A stretch of 64,000 bases of DNA from Candidatus Latescibacterota bacterium (lineage in GTDB: Bacteria > Latescibacterota > UBA2968 > UBA8231). The DNA lies in contig OZ244561.1 of the NCBI GenBank assembly GCA_965217585.1, forward strand, positions 5,600,001-5,664,000. Direction: 5' to 3'. A program made the translations under genes and the position numbers. Position 1 is the first letter of the stretch. The number at the start of each line of letters is the position of its first letter. Below, piece by piece: positions 1 to 8,528 of the stretch. The notes beneath the pieces are model-generated. The model was not told the origin of the DNA and did not search any database. It saw only the letters and a program-made list of their open reading frames with translations.

Positions 1-289
1 GGCCGCCGAGGTACTCAGAAGCGCCCTCGAACTCGAACCGCGCAATACCCATGCGCTCTATCTGTTGAGCCAAGTGTATCTGCGTAGCGGCCAGCCGGAC
101 GAACGCGCGGAAATCCTGCGCACCTTCCAGCGCCTGAGCGCGGCCCAGCGGCATTTCAAGCAAGGCGCGTTATACGCCGAGCGCGGAGCCCTAGATGAGG
201 TGCGAAAGGCCCTGCAGGAAGCTCTGGTGCTCGATCCAGACCATTCCAAGGCTCGGGAAAAATTGGAACAGTTGGATAAAGAGCCATGA
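1..289 (+). CDS. Tetratricopeptide-repeat protein, 3' part (runs off window start)
   Basis: Open frame with TPR-like helices (ALELEPRNTHALYLLSQVY, ALVLDPDHSKAREKL); stop overlaps the next ATG at 286 (ATGA). Confidence 0.7.
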   Translation, partial: AAEVLRSALELEPRNTHALYLLSQVYLRSGQPDERAEILRTFQRLSAAQRHFKQGALYAERGALDEVRKALQEALVLDPDHSKAREKLEQLDKEP

Positions 290-1573
290 AGGGGCGCGTT
301 TTGTTTTTTTCTTTGTGGCTTGCTCGCCTCCAGAGGAGCAACCGTTCGATTTGGAGCCTACGGCACCCGGACCGTCCCACTTTGTCGATGTGGCCGCGGA
401 TGTCGGCCTGACGAAAGTCCACACAGGCGGCAGCGCGGAAAAGGGCTATATCGCCGAGGCCAAAGGAGGGGGTGCGGCTTGGTTGGACTTTGACGGCGAC
501 GGGGATTTAGATCTCTACTGGGTGAACGGAGCCGCGCTGGACGATGAGCAAGGAGGCGGCAATGCCCTTTACCGCAACGATGGGGCAAGCGGTTTTGTCG
601 ATGTGGCTAGCTCTTTGGGCGCAGCAGGCCGGGGCTGGGGCATGGTTTCGGGGTGCTCTTCGTCGATGTGGACGACGATGGAGACGTCGATCTGTACGTG
701 GCCAATGACTCCACCCCTAATTTCCTGTGGCGCAACGAGGGGGATGGCACCTTCACTGAAGTGGGGCTGCAAGCTCAGGTGGCGTATGGGGCGATGGGAC
801 ACTCACAGGCCGGCATGGGCGTGGCTTGGGGCGATTACGACGGGGACGCCCGCCCCGATATTTTCGCGACCCATTTTGAGGACGACTACAATACTCTCTA
901 CCGCAACGAGGGGGCGGGCCTATTCGCCGATGTGTCCGTCGCGGCTGGCTTGGGCAGGACCAGCTTTCACTTTGTGGGTTTTGGCACTGGATTTTTCGAC
1001 CGCGACAACGACGGCGACCTAGACCTGCTAGTGGCCAACGGCCACGTCTATCCGCAGATAGAGCGCGCAGGCAGCGGCACCACCTACGCCCAACCCAACC
1101 AGCTCCTCGACAATCGCGGCGGCCGCTTTGAGTTGCTCTTACCCAGCGACGGCGACAGCCTGGGTTCGGCCAAAGTGAGTCGGGGGAGTGCTATTGCCGA
1201 CTACGACAACGACGGCGATCTGGACATTCTCGTCACCAATCTCGACGACCGACCGACGCTTTTGCGCAACGATGTGGGAAATAGGCACAACTGGCTGGGG
1301 GTCGAGTTGGTCGGCAGGAAGAGCAATCGGAGTGGGATCGGTGCCCGCCTATACTTGGCGGCCGGTGGCGAAGTGCAAGTCCGCGATATTATCAGCGGCA
1401 GCAGCTTTCTCTCCAGCGAGGATCCGCGAGCCCACTTCGGTCTGGGCCGGATTGAGACGGTGGATTCGCTACAGGTGCGCTGGCCGAGCGGTGTCGTGCA
1501 GCTATTGAAGAACCTGCGGATCAACCAGTATTTAGTCGTGGAGGAGGACGGGACCGAATCGGGTAGGCGCTGA
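286..1573 (+). pseudogene. CRTAC1/ASPIC-UnbV family FG-GAP repeat protein, frameshifted with an apparent internal deletion
   Basis: DxDxDGDxDL repeats and a C-terminal ASPIC motif (HFGLG...VRWPSG). ATG286 is out of frame with FVACSPP at a T7 run (304-310). A second frame change at about 644 joins GWGM directly to GFGVLFVDVDDDG. Confidence 0.75.
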
Positions 1574-1657
1574 GAACGGCAGCAGTCTGTCGCGGTGAAA
1601 ATTCCGCTTTTAGCGCACTTGTCTGAGGCGTCAGAGGCGTCGAGAATGCGGCATCTC

Positions 1658-2815
1658 TCAGACCGCGACTCCTTCGAGCCACGGCAAATCCACCTCAATG
1701 CCAAAGCCGGGCGCGTCGCTGGGCACGAGGTAGCCGTCTTGGATGGCTGGCGTGCCGGGTAAAAGAGTCATTTCGTGGAGCGGCACCCCAGGCGGCGATA
1801 CGCTTTCCGAGCGCTCGCCCCAGACAATGGCGGGCATGGCAAAAGAAAGGTGCTGGCCGTAGGGGTAGTTCATGCCGGCGTGGGCAATGACCGAGACGCC
1901 CGCGGCCTCGGCGAGGTGACAGATTTTGACCCCGGCTGTTATGCCCCCGGCCCACAGCACGTCTGGTTGCAGGATATCGACGAAGCGACCGTCGAGCGCT
2001 TGGGCAAAGGTGCGCGGCAAGTACCAGTGCTCGCCCGAGGCGAGAGTCTGCCAAGGGAGCCGCTGGCGCACTTGGGCGTAGCCAGCCCAATCGTCGGCGG
2101 GCAGGTAGTCTTCAATCCACTTCAGGCGATAGGGACGGAGCATTTCGGCGAGGCGGACGAGGTGTTCCACGTCCTGCGACAGCCAACAGTCGAGGCACAG
2201 CTCAATGTCGTCGCCGATGAGCTGGCGTGTAGTGGCCACGATCTCTTCGATTTTCTTGAGGCCGTCGAGGCCGTCGGCCGCGCCCCACGGGGTGAAGAGC
2301 TTGGTCGCCTTAAAGCCTAGCTCCATGAACCACGCCTGCTCAAACCCGGAAGCATAGCAGAAGATTTTGTCCTTTTGCGGGCCGCCGAGCAGCTCGTACA
2401 CGGGTCTTTGCAGCAGCTTGCCCTTGAGGTCCCACAGCGCGGTATCCACGGCGCTGATGGCATAGCTGGCCAGCCCCTGGCCGCCGTAGGACGCGGTGGA
2501 GCGCACCATGATGTCCCACAACTTTTCTGTAGCCATGCAGTTTTCGCCGGCGAGCAGCGCGGCGAAGTGATCGTTGATGATGGGCAGCACGGGCGGCGAG
2601 TGGACGGTCAGCCCGAGGCCCCAAGTGCCGTCTTCGGCCGTGACCACGCAGGCGATGCGTTGCCACTCCGGGGAGCCGGTGCGGCCGGCGCGGAAGCGGT
2701 CGTAGTGGTCGAGCGGGCGGTGCAGGGAGTGGCCGGGCCGCTGGCTGGGGCACGGGGTTGTCGTCCGGGGAGGCTTGAGCGCGATTTGCGCGGCGCGGAT
2801 TTCCTTGATTTTCAC
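1658..2815 (-). CDS. Mandelate racemase/enolase superfamily acid-sugar dehydratase (L-rhamnonate dehydratase-like)
   Basis: AISAVDTALWDLKGK, LDCW, WIED, SGEH and DILQPD motifs. Confidence 0.85.
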   Translation of the reverse strand: MKIKEIRAAQIALKPPRTTTPCPSQRPGHSLHRPLDHYDRFRAGRTGSPEWQRIACVVTAEDGTWGLGLTVHSPPVLPIINDHFAALLAGENCMATEKLWDIMVRSTASYGGQGLASYAISAVDTALWDLKGKLLQRPVYELLGGPQKDKIFCYASGFEQAWFMELGFKATKLFTPWGAADGLDGLKKIEEIVATTRQLIGDDIELCLDCWLSQDVEHLVRLAEMLRPYRLKWIEDYLPADDWAGYAQVRQRLPWQTLASGEHWYLPRTFAQALDGRFVDILQPDVLWAGGITAGVKICHLAEAAGVSVIAHAGMNYPYGQHLSFAMPAIVWGERSESVSPPGVPLHEMTLLPGTPAIQDGYLVPSDAPGFGIEVDLPWLEGVAV

Positions 2816-2825
2816 AGGAGCCTGC

Positions 2826-4100
2826 CTAGGTGAGTTGGGAGAAGCGGTTGGGCGTGAAGAGGGTCTGGAGGGTTTGGGCGATGCCAGCGCGGGTTACTTG
2901 CCGTCCGGCGTCGTGCAGGTCTTGGTATTTTTCGCTTAGGACTTTGGCGAGGATTGCGCGGAAGCGCTGCCACTTGGGGATGAGGTTTTCCAGCACGCGG
3001 GCGTCCGAGTTGAAGGGGATGAAGCGGTCGCCGGTCATCTCCAAGCGCATCCGCAGATCCTGTTCGACCAAGCCCGGATGGTAATTGAACCACCAGTGGC
3101 CAATGACCATGATGTTGTCGTTGTGACAGGAGAGGACGCTGGCGTCGTACTGGTTGGCGTTGTGGAGCGGGGTGATGAAGAAGGCGTTGTCGGGATGGCG
3201 GCGCACTAGCTGCTGATAGGGATACATGTCGGCGAGGCCCACGCCGTCGCCGGCGTCGCGCCACTCGGGCTTGAGTTGGCGGATGGGGCCGGGCATCATA
3301 AAGAAGGGCAAGTTGAGTTCGCGCAGGGCCGGCAGCACGGCGTGGTGGAGGACGGCACCTTCCAGCCCGCTGAGGTCGTGGACTTGGCAGTGGGGCGGGA
3401 ACGAGCACGCGCCGTACGCGACGCCGTGCAGCTTGCCATACCAGTCGGCGAGGAAGCGGCGAATCGCCTGGGCGGTGGCTGGCTGGCTGGGGTCGTTGCC
3501 AACCTCGTAGCCCCAGGCGTTGAGCTTCACTGCTGCGCGCGGGTAGTGCAAGACGAGTTCGTCGAGGCGGTAGCCGGACAGATAGCACTGGTCCCACTCG
3601 CCGCTTTCGTAGTAAGCGCGCTCTTGGTCGTTGAACACGTCTTGGGTGCCGACGATGCGGCGGACGCCAGCCAGTTCCATGCAGCGGCGCTGTATTTCTG
3701 CTGGGGCAGTGTCTGCGTAGAACTGGCGCGCCTCGTCGAGAGTGGCGGCGTTGGGGTCGAGGCCGAGGGCTTCCAGCGCGACGACCACGCCGCGACAGCC
3801 TTCGTCGAATGGATCTGAAGCGGCGTCGGCAAAAAGCTTCTGCCAAGTAAAGTCGCCTTGTTGTTCTATGCTCCAGGAGTAGAAGGTGGCCGGGTCGATG
3901 TGGCCAGCGGCAAAGAGCTTGCGGCGCACGTAGTGATAAGAGAGCTGCTGGTCGATGCCGTACAGGCAGAGTTGGGGGCCGGCTTGGGGGCCGAGGAGAT
4001 GGGTGTGCCAGTCGTCGACGATCAGCTGTTGGGCCGAGGTTTCTTCGGTGACGACGGTGGGGATTTGGTCGCGGAATAGGGGTAGGGTAGAGGTGCTCAT
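2826..4100 (-). CDS. uxaC: Uronate (glucuronate) isomerase, divergent amidohydrolase type
   Basis: DWHTHL metal motif, GHWWF, SDARVLE. Confidence 0.8.
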   Translation of the reverse strand: MSTSTLPLFRDQIPTVVTEETSAQQLIVDDWHTHLLGPQAGPQLCLYGIDQQLSYHYVRRKLFAAGHIDPATFYSWSIEQQGDFTWQKLFADAASDPFDEGCRGVVVALEALGLDPNAATLDEARQFYADTAPAEIQRRCMELAGVRRIVGTQDVFNDQERAYYESGEWDQCYLSGYRLDELVLHYPRAAVKLNAWGYEVGNDPSQPATAQAIRRFLADWYGKLHGVAYGACSFPPHCQVHDLSGLEGAVLHHAVLPALRELNLPFFMMPGPIRQLKPEWRDAGDGVGLADMYPYQQLVRRHPDNAFFITPLHNANQYDASVLSCHNDNIMVIGHWWFNYHPGLVEQDLRMRLEMTGDRFIPFNSDARVLENLIPKWQRFRAILAKVLSEKYQDLHDAGRQVTRAGIAQTLQTLFTPNRFSQLT

Positions 4101-4250
4101 GGCGAAGGCTCCTAGTCGAGATAAGGGCCATAACAGTAGGCCAAGAGCAACGGGGCGTCAAAGTTTGCCCCTGTATGCCGACGGTCCAAGAGCTTTCGCC
4201 ATTGCCTCGTCGCTTGTTATTTTAAAAAGAAATAACAACGAGGTTTTATT

Positions 4251-4451
4251 ATGGATACAACAGTCACCTTAGACTCGGAAATTGTCCAAGCCATCCAGCA
4301 GGCGACAAAGCAAAAAGACAAAGCCTCCGCAGTGCATATGGCATTAAATGAATACCTACGTTTGCAAAAGCTCCGCCAACTAGCCGATCTAGCCGGTACT
4401 GTTGAGCTACGCTATTCCAACGACGAGTTGGAGGCGATGGAGGAGTGCTGA
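4251..4451 (+). CDS. vapB: VapB-type antitoxin
   Basis: 66 aa with an RHH-like N-terminus (TTVTLDSEIV...AVHMALNEYLR); upstream GAGG RBS; followed by a PIN stub. Confidence 0.7.
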   Translation: MDTTVTLDSEIVQAIQQATKQKDKASAVHMALNEYLRLQKLRQLADLAGTVELRYSNDELEAMEEC

Positions 4452-4480
4452 TTCTCGCAGACATGTCTTGCTGGATTTAG
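4445..4480 (+). pseudogene. VapC PIN toxin 5' stub
   Basis: (V)LILADMSCWI* resembles the PIN start MILvDTSvWI and overlaps the vapB stop. Confidence 0.55.
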
Positions 4481-4531
4481 AAAGCATTTTCTCTTTGCAA
4501 TTTCAGGGCAAAGATACAGGTTTAGGTCTTC

Positions 4532-4753
4532 TTACTTGAGCAAGTTAAGCACTTTTGCCTGTGCAGATTCCGCAATCGAATCCCGAATGAAGTCACTAGC
4601 TCTGAGAATTTCAATGCCAATGAGCTCTCCCTTATCATTGTATTCTGCTGTTATATTGGGACTAAGTTCAATACTGCCGTTTTCTGGATCGTCAGAGATC
4701 GACAAGTATAAGATGTCTTCTTGCTCAAAATATCTCATCTTCGCCTTATCCAT
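4532..4753 (-). CDS. DUF2283 family protein (putative antitoxin)
   Basis: YFEQEDILYL...GELIGIEIL pattern. Confidence 0.75.
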   Translation of the reverse strand: MDKAKMRYFEQEDILYLSISDDPENGSIELSPNITAEYNDKGELIGIEILRASDFIRDSIAESAQAKVLNLLK

Positions 4754-5015
4754 GGATGAATCTCCCCGTTTTAATCCGAACATTGATTTGCTGTCGTGTG
4801 GTGACATGGATAGTCACAGGTGTTATAACGTCCTCGTCCGATTCGTAGGGAATCAAGACCAACTTGCTTTCGTATTGTCCAACAGCAATATCTCGGCCAG
4901 TGACCACATCGTGATATCGCTCGGAAGTATGTCTTATTATGTTCTCAATTATGGACAGGTCAAATCCGCGTAAAGAGGCTTTGTATTGCAGGTAGTCTGT
5001 CCAAACGACTCTCAT
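4746..5015 (-). CDS. DUF4258/RelE-like putative toxin
   Basis: 89 aa (MRVVWTDYLQYKASLRG...ITPVTIH) overlapping the DUF2283 gene, a typical pairing. Confidence 0.55.
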   Translation of the reverse strand: MRVVWTDYLQYKASLRGFDLSIIENIIRHTSERYHDVVTGRDIAVGQYESKLVLIPYESDEDVITPVTIHVTTRQQINVRIKTGRFIHG

Positions 5016-5174
5016 AGAGACCTTTTGGGCATCATTTTCGAGCGTATGGAGAAGTGGGACTGATTTTACGCCCTCGACGTCGGTTCGGTGATAGTTCCCC
5101 ACTGCCATGCGTCATCCTCAGTCGAGCTAGTCAAGGTGATGTGCAGTGCATGAAGAGCCCGGTGATGATGGGTA

Positions 5175-6017
5175 TTATAATTCATCATCATATATCAGTG
5201 GTTCTTCGCAAAATAAAACAGTCAACGTTTTTCCATATTGACCTAGGCCGACTATATCTTCGCTTACTTTTTCTGACTGTGCTCCCGAAAACCAAGCATC
5301 CAAGTAGGAGACGCTTTCCACTTTTGTCCCTGATAGGATATTGTTTTGGTCTTCATTAAATGCTGCGGTTTGGCTTTGGGGGGGTATCCCTTCACCTTTT
5401 GTCAGCCACGATGCTCCTCGAATTTTCGTTTTCATTTCGTCAGACATAAATGAGTATTCGATTCTGTTATTGGAACTTACAATGAGAGCAACAGGATAAT
5501 CTGCAAAGGTCGCATATCGGATAGCAGTAGCAGTAATCGACGTTTTGCATTTTTCGGAAAGTGCTTCAATTGCGTGAAATCCGGGAATACTTTCTTTAAA
5601 TAAGGCTTTACTAAACAAATGTCGAGGCATGAGTAGCCCTGCGGCAAAGTGGTCAGCCTCAAGTTCGTGAATGTCAGAGGAGGTAAATCCGTTGTGAGAA
5701 TGATGAATACTATCGCCTTGTGGAAATAGAAGCTCTGGATGAAGCGGCAAGAAGTAGTGTCCTAGTTCGTGGGCCACAGTGAACCGAACAAAGCCTTCGT
5801 TGTTGAATCTCGATGAGTAAATAATACCGAAAGTATCTCCTTGTTTTACTAGGCAACCGAAAAATCCTTGTATCTCTTCAGATTTACACAAGATTTCATG
5901 TTGCTCGGCGATATCAATAGGATTGATGGGAAGAGATTCAATACAAAGCCGTTTTACTAGGTTCTCGGCTTGAGCTTCAGCTTGCAATAACTGCTGTCTT
6001 TTATTTGCAGGCATCAT
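5175..6017 (-). CDS. ImmA/IrrE family zinc metallopeptidase
   Basis: RFTVAHELGH (HExxH) and ELEADHFAAGLLMP. Confidence 0.9.
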   Translation of the reverse strand: MMPANKRQQLLQAEAQAENLVKRLCIESLPINPIDIAEQHEILCKSEEIQGFFGCLVKQGDTFGIIYSSRFNNEGFVRFTVAHELGHYFLPLHPELLFPQGDSIHHSHNGFTSSDIHELEADHFAAGLLMPRHLFSKALFKESIPGFHAIEALSEKCKTSITATAIRYATFADYPVALIVSSNNRIEYSFMSDEMKTKIRGASWLTKGEGIPPQSQTAAFNEDQNNILSGTKVESVSYLDAWFSGAQSEKVSEDIVGLGQYGKTLTVLFCEEPLIYDDEL

Positions 6018-6355
6018 TATGATTTCTTTTTGCTGGTAAGAAATTCTGCGAAATCAGCTAATTTCAGACGGTCATCATCCGACATCTCTTGGGCATTCCT
6101 GAAAATGCTTTGTAAGGTCGGCCCAGATGCAGTTGGATCAGTTTCGCGACCTATCAGGAAATCAGTTGTGACCTCAAGGGTGTCTGCTAGACGCTTTAAG
6201 TTATCAAAAGACGGTGCTCGCCTGCCCGTCTCAAAATGTGAGACGGCGGAAGGTTGAAGGCCAGATTTTTTCGCAAGCTCCGTTTGGCTTAACCTTTTGA
6301 TTTCTCTTGCCTTTTTGAGATTCTGGGAAAATATGCCGGGAGTCGGGGTTGACAT
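6017..6355 (-). CDS. XRE-family HTH repressor
   Basis: LSQTELA...VSHFETGRRAPS...LADTLEVTTDFL; stop overlaps the peptidase start. Confidence 0.9.
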   Translation of the reverse strand: MSTPTPGIFSQNLKKAREIKRLSQTELAKKSGLQPSAVSHFETGRRAPSFDNLKRLADTLEVTTDFLIGRETDPTASGPTLQSIFRNAQEMSDDDRLKLADFAEFLTSKKKS

Positions 6356-6393
6356 AGCGGTCAAGATCCTTGGATTTGGATATAGACGAAAAA

Positions 6394-6410
6394 GTCATAT
6401 AGTATATGAC
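6394..6410. promoter_or_regulatory. Palindromic operator GTCATATA-G-TATATGAC
   Basis: Perfect 8-1-8 inverted repeat just upstream of the XRE gene. Confidence 0.65.
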
Positions 6411-6452
6411 AAAAAATCAAAAAATCAAAAGGAAAAGAGGTGAGCTGAGCTG

Positions 6453-6545
6453 ATGAAAAGGCGACCTCGGCTGGTCAAAAGACCCTGCCTCTAGCCGGTA
6501 AGAGATCGTCGGTCTCCGCGACAGGCGAACCAAGGAAGACCGGAA
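6453..6545 (+). pseudogene. Degenerate duplicate of the yjzC-like gene 5' half
   Basis: ggtcaaaagaccctgcctctagccggtaagagatcgtcggt aligns with ggccaaaaggctcctgcctctggccagtacgagatcgttggt of the intact gene, with a 1-nt deletion and TAC>TAA; has its own GAGGTG RBS. Confidence 0.7.
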
Positions 6546-6564
6546 ACTCGGCGACCGGGGGAGG

Positions 6565-6622
6565 TTGACATGGCGAGCGGAGTCTCTATATATATAGACT
6601 ATATCGTCTATATATAAAAGAC
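6565..6622 (+). promoter_or_regulatory. Sigma70-type promoter overlapped by palindromic operators
   Basis: TTGACA at 6565 and a TATATA -10 region at about 6587-6594; inverted repeat TATATATAGAC-N6-GTCTATATATA; GTC-N11-GAC site. Confidence 0.65.
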
Positions 6623-6651
6623 GAAATCGCAAATAGAAAGGAGGTGATTTT

Positions 6652-6840
6652 ATGGGCAAGCAACACCGACCGGGCCAAAAGGCTCCTGCCTCTGGCCAGT
6701 ACGAGATCGTTGGTCGACGCGGCGGAAGAACCGGTGAGGAACGGACGGTGGTAAAGGGAGAACCTCTACCACCAACACCGGAAAAAGGCCAGGGTTACCG
6801 CATAGCTGACCGCACCAAAAACAAAAGTGGGCGCGGGTAG
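6652..6840 (+). CDS. YjzC family small protein
   Basis: RPGQKAPASGQY...GEPLPPTP pattern; strong AAGGAGGTG RBS. Confidence 0.8.
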   Translation: MGKQHRPGQKAPASGQYEIVGRRGGRTGEERTVVKGEPLPPTPEKGQGYRIADRTKNKSGRG

Positions 6841-6848
6841 TATGATGC

Positions 6849-6885
6849 TGGGCAAGGTAGGCTTTTGCCTTGCCCAACACCTTTT
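6849..6885 (+). terminator. Intrinsic terminator-like hairpin between yjzC and the 86-aa gene
   Basis: TGGGCAAGGTAG-GCTT-TTGCCTTGCCCA followed by ACACCTTTT. Confidence 0.6.
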
Positions 6886-6919
6886 ATAAAATTTTAAAAG
6901 ATGAGGAAAAGAGGAAAAA

Positions 6920-7180
6920 ATGAAATTTCAAGGTGCCGTAATTAGGGAGCAAGGTGTCACGTTTGCTGTTGTCATTGTTAAAAAGCACGTATTGGATAAT
7001 CCGAATGCTGCTCAAAAGGCGATTCAAACCTTTGGGTCTGTTTTTTCAGGTTTCCCAGTGACGCTTATGGCTCAAGACTATCAAGGTCATCCCTCTTATT
7101 ATGGTCGAAGAGATATTGCGAAATTTATGGCCAATGTCCCGCTATCGGCCATTCCATGGCGAGAATACACTTTGAATTGA
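6920..7180 (+). CDS. Conserved-looking hypothetical protein (86 aa)
   Basis: AGAGGA RBS; MKFQGAVIREQGVTFAVVIVK; AT-rich codon usage matching the cassette. Confidence 0.7.
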   Translation: MKFQGAVIREQGVTFAVVIVKKHVLDNPNAAQKAIQTFGSVFSGFPVTLMAQDYQGHPSYYGRRDIAKFMANVPLSAIPWREYTLN

Positions 7181-7207
7181 CGTAATTGATAGCCTCAAAA
7201 AGCTATA

Positions 7208-7396
7208 TTAGACAGTACTTCGCACGTCAATTCTACCCGTCACTGCGGCAGAGACGAGCGCGGTTCGGCGTTCTTTGAGGTGGTTAATTGCTACGTCAGT
7301 TTTTTCAAGTAGCTTATCAATAGTCATCAGAGTCTTTTGTGATTATTATGTCTCCTCTTCCGCTATCCATGTACTCCGCATCTTCCGAAAGCTCAT
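7208..7396 (-). pseudogene. hsdS: Type I R-M hsdS relic (only N- and C-terminal ends remain)
   Basis: C-terminus IDKLLEKTDVAINHLKERRTALVSAAVTGRIDVRSTV*; frameshifted start MSFRK/AEYMDSG resembles the HsdS YKDSG start; ATGA overlap with yhcG. Confidence 0.75.
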
Positions 7397-8406
7397 CTAT
7401 CGCCTGCTGCGGCGGACTCGCACTGCAAATAAAACTCTTGCAGTTTGGCTTCCAGCAGTTTCTTGTCGGGCAACTGCATCTGATACTCAGCAATTAAGGC
7501 GGGCGAGAGTGTCCGGTTGAGGGCGTACTCGACGACTTCTTCGTCTTTGCTCGCACACAGCAAGACACCGATGGATGGGTGTTCGTGCGGCTTCTTCACA
7601 TCGCGGTCCAAAGCCTCTAAATAAAAACTGAGCTTGCCCAAATACTCCGGCTCGAACCGTCCCACCTTCAGTTCAAACGCGACCAAACAGTTAAGCCCGC
7701 GATGAAAGAAGAGCAGGTCAAGCGCAAAATCGCGATCGCCAACTTGGAGGGGAAACTCGGCACCCACAAAACAAAAATCCCGCCCTAGTTCGACCAGAAA
7801 ATCCCGCAGCCTTGCGATCAGTGCCCGCTGTAAATCAGGTTCGGCGTGGTCGTCCGGCAAGTCGAGAAACTCTAGCAAATAGGTGTCTTTGAGCACTTTG
7901 TGGGCTCCCGGCTGCATTTGTCTCAGCACTGCTGAGACTTTTGGCGGATTGAGCACGGCTCGCTCAAATAAGGCCCCTCGGAACTGGCGTTCAAGTTCAC
8001 GGCTGGACCATTTTTCGCGGATCGCCGTTTTCAGATAAAACTCGCGTTCTTCCGGGGTTTTACTCTGCGACAGAATGATGAGGTTGTGCGTCCAAGGTAA
8101 TTGTCTCACCAGTGGTGCGACTTTTTCATCGTCCCGATAGGTCGCGTAAAATTGCCGCATCCGAAACAGATTCGCCCGCGTAAATCCACGCAGGCCGGGC
8201 TGCGTCGTTTTGAGGTACTTGGCCAGTTGATCGACGACACCCTCGCCCCAAGCGGCAGACTCTAATTTGTTGTGGATATATGCCCCGACCTGCCAGTACA
8301 GTTCAACTAGCATGGAGTTGACAGCCGAGTACGTGCGCTGTTTTGCCACGGCAATCATCTGAGCGACTTCATCGAAATCGCGGCTGGGGATCACCTCGTT
8401 ACTCAT
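7393..8406 (-). CDS. YhcG/DUF1016 PD-(D/E)XK nuclease-domain protein
   Basis: LYWQVG, NLFRMRQFY, LPWTH, DLLFFHRGLNCLVAFELK. Confidence 0.9.
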   Translation of the reverse strand: MSNEVIPSRDFDEVAQMIAVAKQRTYSAVNSMLVELYWQVGAYIHNKLESAAWGEGVVDQLAKYLKTTQPGLRGFTRANLFRMRQFYATYRDDEKVAPLVRQLPWTHNLIILSQSKTPEEREFYLKTAIREKWSSRELERQFRGALFERAVLNPPKVSAVLRQMQPGAHKVLKDTYLLEFLDLPDDHAEPDLQRALIARLRDFLVELGRDFCFVGAEFPLQVGDRDFALDLLFFHRGLNCLVAFELKVGRFEPEYLGKLSFYLEALDRDVKKPHEHPSIGVLLCASKDEEVVEYALNRTLSPALIAEYQMQLPDKKLLEAKLQEFYLQCESAAAGDR

Positions 8407-8460
8407 TGCGAAAATCCTTCGATCACTCCGACGATGCGATCCGGCACGCCTTTTAATCCT
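8403..8460 (-). pseudogene. Possible hsdM 3'-terminal relic
   Basis: LKGVPDRIVGVIEGFSQ* resembles HsdM C-termini; ATGA overlap with yhcG. Confidence 0.45.
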
Positions 8461-8528
8461 TGTGCTGTACGAAATCGATCCGACCGCCTCGATGCGCATC
8501 GGGCAGATGTGGCTGGCCGCAGGGGTTG

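Noticed and set aside
1574-1657. Short imperfect repeats (gaggcgtc) between convergent genes
   Set aside because: Too short and degenerate to distinguish from chance
2812-4161. 449-aa ORF overlapping uxaC, and many other long Arg/Pro-rich alternative or antisense ORFs (e.g. 17886-18890, 28057-29298, 23012-23884)
   Set aside because: Shadow frames expected from high GC3 codon bias; they overlap motif-supported genes and have no recognisable motifs
5016-5174. Possible small ORF or 5' extension between the peptidase and the DUF4258-like gene
   Set aside because: No recognisable motif or convincing RBS
5175-7180. Prophage or ICE immunity region
   Set aside because: No integrase, excisionase, replication or structural genes and no att-like repeats seen; a remnant origin cannot be fully excluded
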